Source: Octopus vulgaris (Eukaryota). From it: a stretch of DNA of 64,000 nucleotides. The position numbers were made by a program, and so were the translations under genes. The stretch lies in assembly GCA_951406725.2 (NCBI GenBank), contig OX597837.1:37696001-37760000 (forward strand), written 5' to 3'. Every line of letters starts with the position of its first letter. The stretch's first letter is position 1. Positions 41,255 to 56,727 of this stretch are shown here, piece after piece. The notes under the pieces are model-generated. The model saw nothing but the letters and a program-made list of their open reading frames with translations, searched no databases and was not told the DNA's origin.

Positions 41255-41892
41255 TCCAGTGGGTCATGCTAGCTTCATTTCTTCTGAGCCTACGCATGTC
41301 TTCAGCAATCACGGCCCATGTTTCACTGATGTGAGGCATGGCTGTTTACACTCATGCATCATACAATCTACCTTTTACTCTGAGTGAGAGTGAAGCTTTC
41401 TGAACTTTGCCCAGACTATTCTTATTCTAGTGGTAACACTCTCTGATCATCCAGCTCCATTACTAACTTGGTCACCTAGGTAGCAGAAGCTATCAACTAC
41501 TGCTAGTTTCTTCCCCTGGCATGTGATGGAATCTCTATTCTGAGCACCTTTGATGTTTATTGCCCCTGTGCATCAGCTGCGCACAAAAGCTATCTTCCCA
41601 GTTAATCTTCCTTTGATGTTGCTGCACCTCTTATGTGTCTATAGCTCAAACTGGATATATCTTATGGGGTTTCTACCTACACCTTTTCTACAGATCGAGC
41701 AGGGCCACCTATCGGAAGGAGTGTGTGATGTGTTTGCCTTCCTACTTACTAGAACTTTGGTCTTTGCGGCATTGACTCCAAGGCCTTTTGATTCTAAACC
41801 TTGCTTCCACACCTGAAATTTCTTCTCTAGTTCTGGTAGTGATTCTGCTATGAGGGACAGGTCATCAGCCTAGAGGAGCTTCCAGGGGCATA
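41255..41892 (-). mobile_element. RTE (BovB-like) reverse transcriptase fragment
   Basis: CPWKLL*ADDLSLIAES...FQVWKQGLESKGLGVNAAKTKV (decayed YADD). Confidence 0.75.
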
Positions 41893-42237
41893 TATCATCA
41901 TCATCATCATCATCGTTTAACGTCCGCTTTCCATGCTAGAATGGGTTGGACGGTTCAACTGGGGTCTGGGAAGCCCGAAGGCTGCACCAGGCCAGTCAGA
42001 TCTGGCAGTGTTTCTACAGCTGGATGCCCTTCCTAACGCCAACCACTCCGTGAGTGTAGTGGGTGCTTTTTATGTGTCACCGCCACAGGTGCCAGACGAG
42101 GCTGGCGAACGGCCACGCTTGGATGGTGTTTTTTATGTGCCACCGACACAGGTGCCAGACGAGGCTGGCGAACAGCCACGCTCGGATGGTGTTTTTTTAT
42201 GTGCCACGGACACAGGTGCCAGACGAGGTTGGCGAAC

Positions 42238-42306
<69 letters not shown>

Positions 42307-43084
42307 ATCAGCACCACCACCCCTGCCCTGATTGGCTCCTGTGCCGGTAACACATAAAAAGCACCATCCAAATGTTGCCGCTGCCAGTGCCACCTGACTG
42401 GCACCTGTGCAGGTGGCATGTAAAAAGCACCCACTACACTCTTGGAGTGGTTGGCATTAGCAAGGGCATCCAACTGTAGAAACAGTACCAGATCAAATTG
42501 GAGCCTGGTGCAGCCTCCTGGCTTGCCAGTCCTCAGTTAAACCGTCCAAGCCATGCCAGCATGGAAAGCGGATGTTAAACGATGATGATGATGATGATGA
42601 TGATGGGCTTCTTTCAGTTCCTGTCTATTAAATCCACTCACAAGGCTTTGCTCAGCCCAAGGCTATAGAAGACACTTGTCCAAGGTGCCATGCAGTGGGA
42701 TTGAACCTGGACCCATGTGGCTGGAAAGCAAGCTTCTTACCACACAGCCACATCTGCACCTATGTGTTAACAATTGTTTTAATACAATCCCTAATAATGT
42801 TTAATTATAAAAATATGACTTTGGGGTGGAGGGTGGGAGCATCTGAGTAAAATAGGAATCAAAGGGGTCCATAGATAAAAAAAAAAAAGGGCTGAGAACC
42901 ACAGGGTATAATAGAGGGACAAGCACAGGTATCTTTCCACAGTGGAGGTACATGGGTAGCCTGCATTATGCAAGGGTAGGTGAGATTGGGTGGGAGAGAC
43001 ATTAAGATGGTGGTGACAGGGTGCCAGAGCATACTCTCAAGGTACAAGAAAGTAATCATGCTGTTAGGGGTGGATATAGATTCT

Positions 43085-43780
43085 CCTTTGTGGCAGTGAG
43101 TCATGGCCAATGAGGGTGGAAGATATTAAGCAAATAGAATCCTTCGATCACCTCTGTCTACGCAGCATCCTTCGTGTCCGATGGCACCACTTTGTCTCCA
43201 ACAATTCGGTGCGACACCAGTGCAGAATCACCTCCTTCCGACAACTGACAAGTCATCCTAACAAGACGTCTGCATTGGCTGGGTCATGCCCTCCGTCGTC
43301 AACCTGGAGAATTCATCTACAAAGCAATTGCCCCATCTCCCCTTCGGGGTTGGTGAAACTTTGTGAGTGGATTTGGTAGACGGAAACTGAAAGAAGTCAA
43401 TCTTATATATATATATATATGTTTGTATATGTTTGTGTGTCTGTGTTTGTCCCCCTAACATTGCTTGACAACCGATGGCGGTGTGTTTGCGTACCCGTAA
43501 CCTAGCAGTTCAGCGAAAGAGACCGATAGAGTAAGTACTAGGCTTCCAAAGAATAAGTCCTGGGGTTGGACAACGAAAAACCTGGCTGATGACAGTCAAG
43601 GCTGATCTGGAACCCAACCTAGGCCCCCATATCTACGGTGTTTGAGCTGGAATAAGGAGTGGTTGGAGATCGTGCGGCCGTTAGCCTCAAATCACCAGGT
43701 CTGGTCAGCGTTTGTGAGAGATGCAGCATTGAGGATGAATGAAACCAGCTCAACCCACCCCGGGTGAATGCTGTCTCAAG
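43085..43780 (+). mobile_element. RTE-like LINE fragment interrupted by a SINE
   Basis: RVEDIKQIESFDHLCLRSILRVRW...; continues after the SINE at ~43350-43570. Confidence 0.65.
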
Positions 43781-46700
43781 GGGGATATAGCCTGTGGATC
43801 AGGAGGGGAGGACAGGGTGGGTAATTCATAAGATTATGGGTGGAGGGTGACAGATGGGTGGATATGGGGGCTAGAGGTGGTTGTTGTGGGAGGTGAAAAA
43901 GGGTGGAGGTGAGATTGAGGGTAAATACCAGTATGGAGGGAACACTGATTAAAAGGCTAGAGGGTCACATCTGGAATGCTTTTTAATGTCAGGATGGTTT
44001 GTAGTCATATATAAATTGATTTTTATTGTTAATTTGTGTGTGGGGGGAACAGGTGAGCTAGGGCTCAGGGTGGAGGAAGTGAGAAGCACAGGAGATGTGC
44101 AAGAGTAGGGGTATCATACATCCATGGAGAGATCCAAGAGTTGGAAGATGATGTGGAGGGTATGACAGTGGACAGGGAAGGAGGGTGACAAATGACACCA
44201 TTTCTTCAAACATTTCTTGAAGACGGGGCCCGAATTCTGAAATGCTGGTTTCAAATTTTAGCACAAGGCCAGCAATTTTGGGGGCAGGGGTTAAGTAAAT
44301 TACATTGACCCCAGTGCTCAGTTGGTACTTCTTTTATTGACCCTCAAAAGGATGAAAGGCAAAGTCGGAAATCGACATCAGTGGAATTTAAACTCAGAAT
44401 AAAAAGATGGATGAAATATTGCAAAGCCTTTTACCTGGCGCTGTGAAGATTCTGCCACCTCATCACTTTCCAACACTCTCTGTTGTGCACTTGCTTGATG
44501 GAGCTGGGATCTTCCCTGGTTAGTAGCCCCAGGTGTGTCATCGAGTGTAGAGCTGACCAAATCCACTGGTGACCCTCCCATTGGTAGACCTTATAACTCC
44601 GAAATATTGGCTTCAAATTTTGGCGCAATGTCAGCAATTTCTGGGAAGGGCTAAGTCAAGTACACTGACCCCCAGTATATAACTGGTACTTATTTTATGA
44701 ACCCCATTGCAGGATTACTCATTTTTGCCAGCCGAGTGGACTGGAGCAACATGAAATAAATTATTTTGCTCAGAACAAAGCGAGTCACCCAGTCTAAGAA
44801 TCGAAACCACAATCTTAGGATCATGAGCCTAACACCCTAACCTATTTCTTTACTACCCACAGGGGCTAAACACAGAGAGGACAAACAAAGACAGACAAAG
44901 GGATTAAGTTGATTACATCGACCCCAGTGCGTAACTGATACGTATTTAATCGACCCCGAAAGGAATGAAAGGCAAAATCGACCTCGGTGGAATTTGAACT
45001 CAGAACGTAACGCCAGATGAAATACCGCTAAGCATTTTGCCCGGCGTGCTAACATTTCAGCCAGCTCGCCGCCTAACACCCTAACCATTAAGCCATGCAC
45101 CTCTACAAATGAAAACCCATAGCCTTGGATATGAAAGCTGGGGCTTTCTCATTAAGTTCTCTGGTTACTTTCTGCAGTTTTTGACGTAACATTTACATCC
45201 ACCAGACACCTGGTCCCTAAAACTATGCATAAATTTTGCTCCTGTTTCCATAGAATAATCTTTTCTACTCTAAGCACAGGGCCTGAAATTTTCGGGGGAG
45301 AGGGCCAGTCAATTAGATCGACTCCAGTATGCAACTGATACTTAATTTATCGACCCCAAAAGGATGAAAGGCAAAGTCGACCTTGGCAGAATTTGATTGC
45401 AAAGACAGACAAAATAGCTTCCACAGAATAATATCTGGCTTATTGTGTTGACGTTTTGGTTTGGTTTTTTTTTTTGTTTTTTTTTTGTTTAATGGAATGT
45501 TCCACAAGTATTCTTTACTTATTTTTTAGTGTGTGGATACATCCTGGTTCTCACATGGCCAGGACAATCCTCCCTCCGAATAACATTGTAAATAGTTTCA
45601 GCGACAATGTCGTGTATCAAACGGACATTTTTCGGCAGCTGTTGATGGTTTGGATGTTATCTTCTTCCACTTCCACTCTGCTCTCGCACACTTGACCTTT
45701 TCTATCACAACTTGGACGTTTACTCTCTTTCTCTCTTTTACTTGTTTCAGTCATTTGACTGCGGCCATGCTGGAGCACCGCCTTTAGTCGAGCAAATCAA
45801 CCCCAGGACTTATTCTTTTGGAAGCCCAGTACTTATTCTATCAGTCTCTTTTGCTGAACCGCTAAGTTACAGGGGCGTAAGCACATCAGCATCGGTTGTC
45901 AAGCAATGCTAGGGGGACACACACAGACACACAAACATACACACACACACACATATATATATATACATCCGCTTTCCATGCTAGCATGGGTTGGTCAGTT
46001 TGACTGAGTACTGGTGAACCAGATGGCTGCACCAGGCTCCAATCTGATCTGGCAGAGTTTCTACAGCTGGATGCCCTTCCTAACGCCAACCACTCCAAGA
46101 GTGTAGTGGGTGCTTTTACGTGCCACTGGCATGGGGGCCAGTCAGGCGGTACTGGCAACGACTTTGCTCAAATTTTTTTACACATACACACATACACTTA
46201 TATATATATACATATATATGACGGACTTATTCTAAATCCACTCACAAGGCTTTGGTAGGCCCGAGGCTATAGAAGAAGATACTTGTTCATGGTGTCATGC
46301 AATGGGATTGAACCTGGAACCATGTGGTTGGTAAACAAGCTACTTACCACACAGCCACTACTTCGGTTGATCAACATTTGTTCTTTACAAAGAAATGCTT
46401 TTTGAAATACCTGTCTACACACCTGTTAATGTCTCTAAAGAGGATTCATAGTCCTTTCATTGAAACCTTCATGCTTCATCCATTTTCAAAGAACTGACCT
46501 GGAATATTTTCAAGCGTAGGCTTATATTCATCCAAGACTTGTATTTTGTTCAACATGGTCATGGATGGGTTGTTTTCTGTTGCTAAAAATATAAAATTTC
46601 TCTCACAAATTTTCCTGTCATAATAGTTACAATGCACTCAACTGACACAGAATTAGATTAAAGTAGCCATCTATGTATCATACTCAATAGCATGGGTATG

Positions 46701-46796
46701 TGGTAAGAAGTTTCCTTCCCAACCACATGGTTCTGGGTTCAAGTCCCATTGAGGCATATTCAGCTAGGAAATTGTAAGAAGCCCATTGTATGTGTA

Positions 46797-46838
<42 letters not shown>

Positions 46839-47233
46839 CAATAAGGGTTTAGCAACAAGTTGCTTGACCGCATACTGAAAATTTTAGAAATAGCAGCCAA
46901 AGGACTACTATTTCCTTTCTCTACAAAAATATGTCTCCACAGACAACAATATTTATAACTTACATATGGCAAAAAAAAAGAAGAAAAACAATGAAATCAA
47001 ACAGTCTTCGATTAATTATAAGGGGTAAATTTTCCTAGCATTTCTAGATTTATTTATTGGGATATTATGTTGATGAAGGAAATTAATCTTATGATTCTAA
47101 TCCAGAAACATACGTTCGTAATTAACCGAAGACTGTTTGATTTCATTATTTTTCTTCTTTTTTTCGCCATATGTGAGTTACAAATATTGTAACTATATGA
47201 GAGGCAACAAACCCAATCCAGGCTGAGAGTATA

Positions 47234-47274
47234 TGTTGCTGATGATGCCCAACCAAGCTGAAATGCATCTGGCA
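47234..47274 (+). ncRNA. Degenerate minimal hammerhead motif
   Basis: UGUUG-CUGAUGA-UGC[CCAACCAA]GCU-GAA-AUGCAU-C^UGGCA. Palindromic stem III; stem I is mostly G-U wobbles. Confidence 0.5.
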
Positions 47275-48497
47275 TTTTTGCTTGCTGCTGTTGCTGTTGA
47301 GCGAACGGTCTTCGTCTCAGAGCTCGCAAGATGGGAGAAGTCCAAAACGTGGTCCTTTGCTATTCGTAAGACCCGCAGAAGAGAAAGCAGGTCAACCCCC
47401 GACACCGAGAGCATCGACGGATGGATGAATGTGCATCCAGGCTCAGCGGTTGCGTAGGAAGTCGGGGAGGACAAGAAACAGGCAGAAAGAGTGAGAGAAA
47501 GTTGGAGCGAAAGAGTACAACAAGGGTTGCCACCCCCCCCCCCTGCTGGAGCCTCGTGGAGCTTTTAGGTGTTTTCGCTCAATAAACACACACAACGCCT
47601 GGTCTGGGAATCGAAACCGGGATCCTCCGACCGCGAGTCTGCTGCTGTTGCTGCTGAAATGATTTTTCATCACCTTCTGATATATCTATCTTTAATCTTC
47701 TATTTGTTTTAGTCTTTAGTTGGTGGCCATAATGGGGCAATGCCTTGAAGAATTTTAGTTGAATTTTAGTACTTTTTAAATTTTTTGAATGCATGGTAGT
47801 TATTCTCTTGATCTGTTTTGCGAAACTGCTGGGTTATGAGGATGTAAACATACCAACACTGGTTGTCAAGAGGTGGTGGGGAGACAAACACAGATACAAG
47901 GACACACACACCCACACACACACGTACACACACACAATGGGCTTTCTTTCAGTTTCCATCGATCAAATCCACTCAGCAAGCCTTGGTTGGCCCAAGGCTA
48001 TTGTAGAACACACTTATCTAAGGTGGTATGCAATGGAATTGAACCTGGAACCATGTGGTTGGGAAGCAAACAAACGAACACTTATCGTCAAGTGGTGATG
48101 GTGGTGGTGTTGGGGATAAACATGGCGGAAATGAACAAAAGAAGAAAAGTGTTAGTGTTTATATATATATATAGGTGCAGGAGTGGCTGTGTGGTAAGTA
48201 GTTACACATCGCTGGTCACAATGCGTTCGCATTGTTTTAGCCCTCGAATGACGCCACCCCGCTGGCTAAGCAAGCAGGCCAACAGAAGAAAGAGTGAGAG
48301 AAAGAGTGGTGAAAGAGTACAGCAGGGATCACCACCACCCCCTGCCGGAGCATCGTGGAGCTTTTAGGTGTTTTCGCTCAATAAACACTCACAACGCCCG
48401 GTCTGGGAATCGAAACCGTAATCTTGCGACGGCGAGTCCGCTGCCCAACCACTGGGCCATTGCGCCTCCACATATATACATAAATATATACATATAC

Positions 48498-48556
<59 letters not shown>

Positions 48557-49403
48557 CGAAAAAGTTTGTTACAGGTATAAAAATACAATAAACAAGTATA
48601 AAAATGGAGAAAAGATGTTAAAATCAAAATTGGATTTAATAGTTTTAATTTTTATTGGAAATTATTATTCGTATACTGGTAGAATGTGTTTATAAAACAT
48701 CTTTTTCTCTTGGCTTTATTGAGAAAATTCTATAGTTTATAAGATATTTGTTGCATTTTTTCTTCAATTTCTACCAATCAATGACGTCTATTGACGTGAA
48801 AATATTCTGTGCCGTATGAATATGTCCCTCGTTTAGGAAACAGATTGGGTTTATTTACATTTCTGAAGAAAAAAAAAGATACCCTTACCCCTAACTAACC
48901 CTAACCCTAAAACAGATTGGAATGCAATAGATTGATACTAAGGTCATAATTATGGGTGACAATTTCATATGACACCGCTAGAAAAAACTGCCGTTCAAAC
49001 CGAAAAGATCCAATGGTATATTTGGAAGAACCATTGCTGATTTTTTAAATGCTGCACCACTTTGAGTGTCACCAACAGCAGGCCTGCGTCCAATTCAAAG
49101 CTGTTTGATTTTTATCAATTAAGATCTTCCCAATATAATAGCAAACCTAAATAATGACATTTTCCTTTCCCATAATAATTAAAGCGTAACATCGAAATTT
49201 TTCTAATGCAAGGGAAATAATTTCTGAAAAGGATTTTCGTTGTCTTCTCGAACTTATCTCCCTTAGAATTAAAGGGAGACGAACTTAGAATTAAAGGGAG
49301 ATAAAAATACTTTTAATAACCAGATTAAATATACTGACATCCTGAATACTTAATAGAATAACTACTACTACTACTACTACTACTTCTACTACTACTACTA
49401 CTG

Positions 49404-49435
<32 letters not shown>

Positions 49436-49669
49436 GCTACTACTACTACTACTACTGCTACTACTACTACTACCACCACCACCACCACCTCCATCACTAC
49501 TTGGGCAAGTATCTTCTACTCTAGCCCTGGGGCCGACCAAAGCCTTGTGAGTGGATTTGGTAGATGGAAACTGAAAGAAGCCCATCATAACTCTTTACTA
49601 TCTTTACTCATTTACTTGTTTCAGTCATTTGACTGCGGCCATGCTGGAGCACCGCCTTTATTTGAGCAA

Positions 49670-50160
49670 GAATGTCAGTGGCTCAGTCGTGGTGAAGAGT
49701 TAGCCAGAAGTGGCCTGCATCCAAGAAGGATTCTTCTGAGTGTATGGTGGGATATGCGTGGAATAATTTATCATGAACTGTTAGATGATATTCCAACAAC
49801 AACAGCCAATATTTACTACCAACAGCTAACACATTTGGAAGAAGCTTCGCAGCAAAAGCATCCACCATTAACAAACAAAACAGGAGTCATCCTTCACCAT
49901 GATAATGCTTCACCTCACACTGCACAAAAGACCTAAGATATCTTTGAAAAATATGCCTGGAAAATTATGCATCACCAACCATATTCTCTGGACCTAACAT
50001 CTACAGATTATCCTCTCTTTAGAAGATTACAATTCCATTTGAGTGGATTAAGCCTTATTTCAAGAGCAATGAAATGATTTTCTTTTTCACTTTTAAACCT
50101 AAGGAATTTTATGATCTTGGAATTAAAAAGCTCATTGGCAGATGGAAAGGGACCGTGGAG
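49670..50160 (+). mobile_element. Mariner (DD34D) transposase remnant
   Basis: LHPRRILLSVWWD...HHDNASPH...QPYSLDLTSTDY with 34 residues between the last two Asp; contains stops. Confidence 0.85.
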
Positions 50161-50337
50161 AAGAATTTTACTTGAACAAATTAACCCCAGTACTTACTTT
50201 TTAAAGTCTGGTACTAATTTTATTGGTTTCTTTTGTTGAACTGCTAAGTGATGGGGATGTAAACAAACCAACACTGGTTGTCAACCGGTGGTAATGGACA
50301 AACACACAGACACACACACACACACACACACTCACGC

Positions 50338-50389
<52 letters not shown>

Positions 50390-50844
50390 GATGGGTGTCT
50401 TTCAGTTTCTATCAACCAAATCCACTCAGAAGTCTTTGGTCAACCTGAGCCTATAGTTGAAGACAATTTGCCCAAGGTGCCATGCAGTGGAACTGAACCC
50501 AGAATCATGTGGTTGGGAAGCAAACTCCTTACCACACAACCATGCCTGGCTATCAGGAAATAGAGAAGTGGGAAGCTTTTTGATGCTGTCACTCTGATTA
50601 TCAAAAATTTCACAAACACCCATAAAGTATCATCATCATCATCATCATCATTTAACATCCATTTACCATCCAGTCTATGGGTTGGATAGCTTAACAGGAA
50701 CTGGCAAAGCCAGGTGCTGCACTACATTCCATGACCTGTTTTGGCTTGGTTTCTACAGCTGGATGCCCTTCCCAATGCCAACCACTTTACAGAGTGGCAC
50801 TGGGTACTTTTTATGATGCACTATCACCAGTGCTTTTTATGATG

Positions 50845-52270
<1,426 letters not shown>

Positions 52271-52369
52271 TGCAGAAATGAAAATAACACTGACATCTCA
52301 TTTAACAGATATTTACTAAAATTACATTTAAAAATATCTTGAAATTCTAAGGAGTAAATTAATTCAATA

Positions 52370-53020
52370 AAATCACTATTGTTTTCAACCGAGGGCCTCC
52401 AGATGACTTCAGAATCTCCTGCAACTCTTCTGGACGGTCTCCTTGTTTAAGTTGGTGAATGCTGCCATAATCCTTGCCTTCAGTTCATCTTTGGTATTAC
52501 AAGTTTTGTTGGTCTCTTGCTCAACTGCACCCCACACATAATAATCAAGGGGGTTACTGTCTGGGGAGTTAGGTGGTCAGATGTTAGGGGTGATGTGGTC
52601 GTAGAAATTGTCTGACAACCATGACTGGGTTCTCCTGCTTTTGTGGCATGGTGCAGAGTCCTGTTACCAGACATAGGATCTTCCAGCAGCCACCTTCTTA
52701 ACCCAGGGCAGCACTACCTCCTCCAGGCACTTGATGTAGGTGTCTGTGTTGAGTCAGAGGCCTTGTGGGAAGATGAATAGAAGCATAACGTTGCCATCAT
52801 TTGTGATCACTCAAAACACTATGATGTTGACTGGATGTTTGATTTTTATCACTCTCAGTACATGTCCTCTGACTGCACTGTTCTCATATCGACACCCAAA
52901 CACTTCCAAATTTTTGGCAGAGTGAACTGTGTCATGGTGCTGTTTTCCTCACAAAATAAAAACAAACAATGCATGAAATTAAGAATATAAAATGGTGACA
53001 ATTTACCCATCCCAGCCTCT
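52370..53020 (-). mobile_element. maT-type (DD37D) Tc1/mariner remnant
   Basis: YVW*QDSAPCH...I*PPNSPDSNPLDYYVWG with 37 residues between the last two Asp. Confidence 0.8.
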
Positions 53021-53023
53021 ATA

Positions 53024-53985
53024 TATTGGGTCATCCCATAAATAATGTGGGTTTTTTTTTACACTTCTTTTAATTTTCAAAATTGAGTAAAACAAAGTTC
53101 TTTTTAAATTTAGAATATACTCTCCTTGATTTTCAACGATGCTCTTCCATTTATCTGGTAGACTTGCAATCCCCCACCACACTCTTCCAAAATTCGTTTG
53201 TCCGTGATGAAAAATACTCCTCCAGTACTTTTCTCATTTCATCTACAGAATTCATATTTCTACTGTCCAAATAATTTTGAAGACTGTGGAATAAATGATA
53301 ATCAAATGAGGCAATGTCCAGTGAATATAGTGGGTGGGGCATCGTTTCCCATTCAAACTGCTCCAGCCTTTGGAATGTCATCCTTGCTGTATGTGGCTGA
53401 GCATTATCCTGATGGAAGAAAACCTTTCATCTTGAAACCAAAGAGGGTCATTTTTCTTCTAGTGCTGACTTAAGCCACTCAAGCTGCTCACAGTAGATCT
53501 GCTTTGTTATTGTTTGGTTTGGGTTTAAAAGTTCAAACTGGACTAAACCTTTCATTTCCTACCAAACAGATAACAACACCTTCTTTAGCCTGGAGTACCA
53601 GTGTTTCTTCCAGGATGAAGCTTGTCTTCTAGGCTGTAGTTTCCAGTTTGGAATTTCTGGAACCCCCATTGACACTGGCTTACACTTATTGTCCAATCCC
53701 CATATACTGCATTAATATTCCTCACACTTTCCATTGTGATGTTGCCTTTATTGAACTCATAAAAGCAAAATATGCCGAATATGTTCCTTTGTCACTTCCA
53801 TTATAGCTTTGAAAAAATAACTGTTAAAATCGAACTGCACTCTTCAAAATTTGCACTAAGAATAAGGACAAGGTAAAATTACCACCTGTTTTTATAGCAA
53901 GTTGATGCAAGTAGTTTATCCTGTCCCCATCTGACTTTTATTTCATACAATTGAAAAATTTGCATTATTTATAGGAAGACCCAAT
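53024..53985 (-). mobile_element. Internally deleted mariner element with both TIRs
   Basis: TATTGGGTCATCCCATAAATAATG / CATTATTTATAGGAAGACCCAATA termini; HPLYSLDIASFDYHLFHSLQNYL motif. Confidence 0.85.
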
Positions 53986-53992
53986 ATATATC

Positions 53993-54050
<58 letters not shown>

Positions 54051-54302
54051 AAATGAGAAAATGAAGAAACATACACCTAAATCAATCATCAACCATCAGA
54101 TAATACCCAATCAATACTTTATTAAACCATTACATAACAGCAATGACATTATACATAATATATTGCAAATATAACTAGACATGGAAATAGAAATAGAAAA
54201 TACAATTACATCATATCTGACAGCTGTTTCGGCCGTGAAGACAGGTATGTCTCATTTAACCTATTAGCCTATTAGCCATATATTGAATAAAAGATCTTTT
54301 AT

Positions 54303-54342
<40 letters not shown>

Positions 54343-54396
54343 ATAAAAGATCTTTTATTCAATATATTCTGCACAATGATTCATAGTAATTATTCC

Positions 54397-54458
<62 letters not shown>

Positions 54459-54816
54459 TTATTAAACTTTCACTTTTATTATACTATGGAAGACCATAGA
54501 GAATAAAATGTATGACTTAAAGGTTTGGTTGCTGTTTAGTTACATATTTAGGAGTTGGTTATTGATTTACTTATTGAATTTATTTACAGATAATGTTGAT
54601 CATATGGTAAATGTGTTTGAAAGTTGTGGTTTCTTTGGTATGTTTGTTCCCAAACAACACTTATTTTAGTGCTGTTGACACCATCGGATTGAATGGTACT
54701 GCCCAGGTGTCGAAACCATAATGATATCTGTGGGGCAGCTGATGATGGACATATGTTGGATTGTTGGTATGGCTGTTTTTTGTACATGTGGAATAGTGTT
54801 ATAACACATCCTTCTG

Positions 54817-54853
<37 letters not shown>

Positions 54854-54856
<3 letters not shown>

Positions 54857-55123
54857 CCTTGCTGCAAGGGACTATATATTGGTGAAACAAGGAATGCATT
54901 ATTGGAACGCTCATGAGTCCACAGAAAACAAGTCCAGAACACTAATTTTTGCCAAATTCCATTGCGCAAACATATTGAAAAATATGATCAGAAAATGTTT
55001 CTAATTTTTCTTTCCCACAAGCTACAAGACACAAGTGAGGTTGGAGGAAAGATAAACATTTTTATTAAAATGTTCAAACCTGTTTTGAATGGAAATAACA
55101 ACAATAGTATAACAACCAGTTAA
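54854..55123 (+). pseudogene. Penelope-like element GIY-YIG endonuclease remnant (C-terminal half)
   Basis: One frame reads VPCCKGLYIGETRNALLERS*VHRKQ...LRKHI...FIKMFKPVLN with a single internal TGA; the 5' part is replaced by (TA)n. Confidence 0.7.
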
Positions 55124-55762
55124 TGATGTGGATTAGAAAATATCTTTAACATACGAATATAAACAAATTACAGAAGACTCCCACTGATTGAAACCAAGTT
55201 TGCTCACTCATAAAACCATTACATGTAAACCGCAAGCTAATTGGTTAAAACAGAGGTAGGGTATATGCCAGTAATATCAGTACATCCGACAAACTGTGAT
55301 GTTTAAGCTGCATGCAAATTGGTCAAAACCATATTCCAAAAACTCAGCTTGTTGGAACCAAGAGGTATAAAAAGGAAGAAGTCAGTGATTTTACTACAGT
55401 TGTCAAAAACTCAATTGTCTGTTAAATACATTTTGAAATCTGATGATTACTATAAAACATATGAAAACATTAATTGAACTTTATGAACATTACAAAATAT
55501 TTTTTTTAATGTTTAACACACTTCAGCCTTGTAAAAAAATTGTTTTTTTTAAAATACCATAATAAAAAACGTGAAAACCAGACCATATTGTAACTTTATT
55601 CATCTGATATATAATTCTATATATATTTACACAAATTTGGGAAAAAAAATTATATATATATATAGTTACTCCAAACATGAACAAAGAGAAAACACAACAA
55701 TGCAAGGACATGGAACAAGTATAGTGTTATTGGACACTCAGGAAAGGAAAGAAAGAAGGAGG

Positions 55763-55797
55763 ATTTAACGTTTCGAGTGGAGCTCTTCATCAGAAGC
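55763..55797 (-). ncRNA. Minimal hammerhead motif
   Basis: GCUU-CUGAUGA-A-GAG[CUCCA]CUC-GAA-ACGU-U^AAAU, inside a ~210-bp element flanked by (TA)n. Confidence 0.6.
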
Positions 55798-55873
55798 ATA
55801 GAAAAAGGAAAGGTCCAAGGAAGAGAAGACAGAGAAAAAAATCGCCAACGATGCACACGCAGTCACATATTGA

Positions 55874-55905
<32 letters not shown>

Positions 55906-56069
55906 ATAAATATATCAAACAATTTGATTCATTAATTCCAATGTTGAAGACTAGCATCATGCTTGAAACTCAGAGTACCAAAGAATTAGAATCAAACTGT
56001 TTTGTTCCATTCATGTAACTCCCAATAAATGGGTTGAGTGCACTTCTTTCATTTGCTTGCTTACTCATA

Positions 56070-56101
<32 letters not shown>

Positions 56102-56549
56102 GGCAAATAGAAAATTAAAAGTAACAAAAAATAACAAAAGTCAAAAGGATGTAGACATGGAATATATTAGGTTGGTGCTGAGTAAAAGTGGTAAAAACAG
56201 TAGGTGGATAATATTTTACGCCGTGACTCTTTGTCAGAAAGAGGAGAGACAAATGGTCCAGAGAAGGTAAAAACTTATATCTTGTGTGTATGTGTGTGTA
56301 TGTGTGTGTATGTGTGTGCGTGCATATACATATGCAGGCATGAATGGATTGATGGATGGACAGATAGATAGTTATTCAAATTTCTCAAATTATAACAAAT
56401 TGTAGTATGAACAATTGTATTTAGATTGTGACTGCAATTTGAACCCACATCCATAAAATTTGACAGAACCACTTGATTGAATTGTAATCAGTTGATATGA
56501 TGGCGACGGAGGAAAATGGCATAAGGTAACAATAAAAAGAAATAGCTAT

Positions 56550-56693
56550 ATATACATACACACACATACATATACATACATGCATACATATATATATATA
56601 TATATATACAAATATATATGTATATATGTATGCATATATATATGCACATACATACATATATACACACATATATATTTATACATACACACACAC

Positions 56694-56727
<34 letters not shown>

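Noticed and set aside
41895-42600. Inverted pair around (TA)n as a new element
   Set aside because: Both arms are copies of the abundant (TGA)n-tailed RTE-type repeat found many times in the window; two independent insertions explain it.
54281-54365. Palindrome centred on (TA)n as an independent element
   Set aside because: The arms are only ~25 bp around self-complementary TA; more simply a local fold-back at the edge of the neighbouring element.
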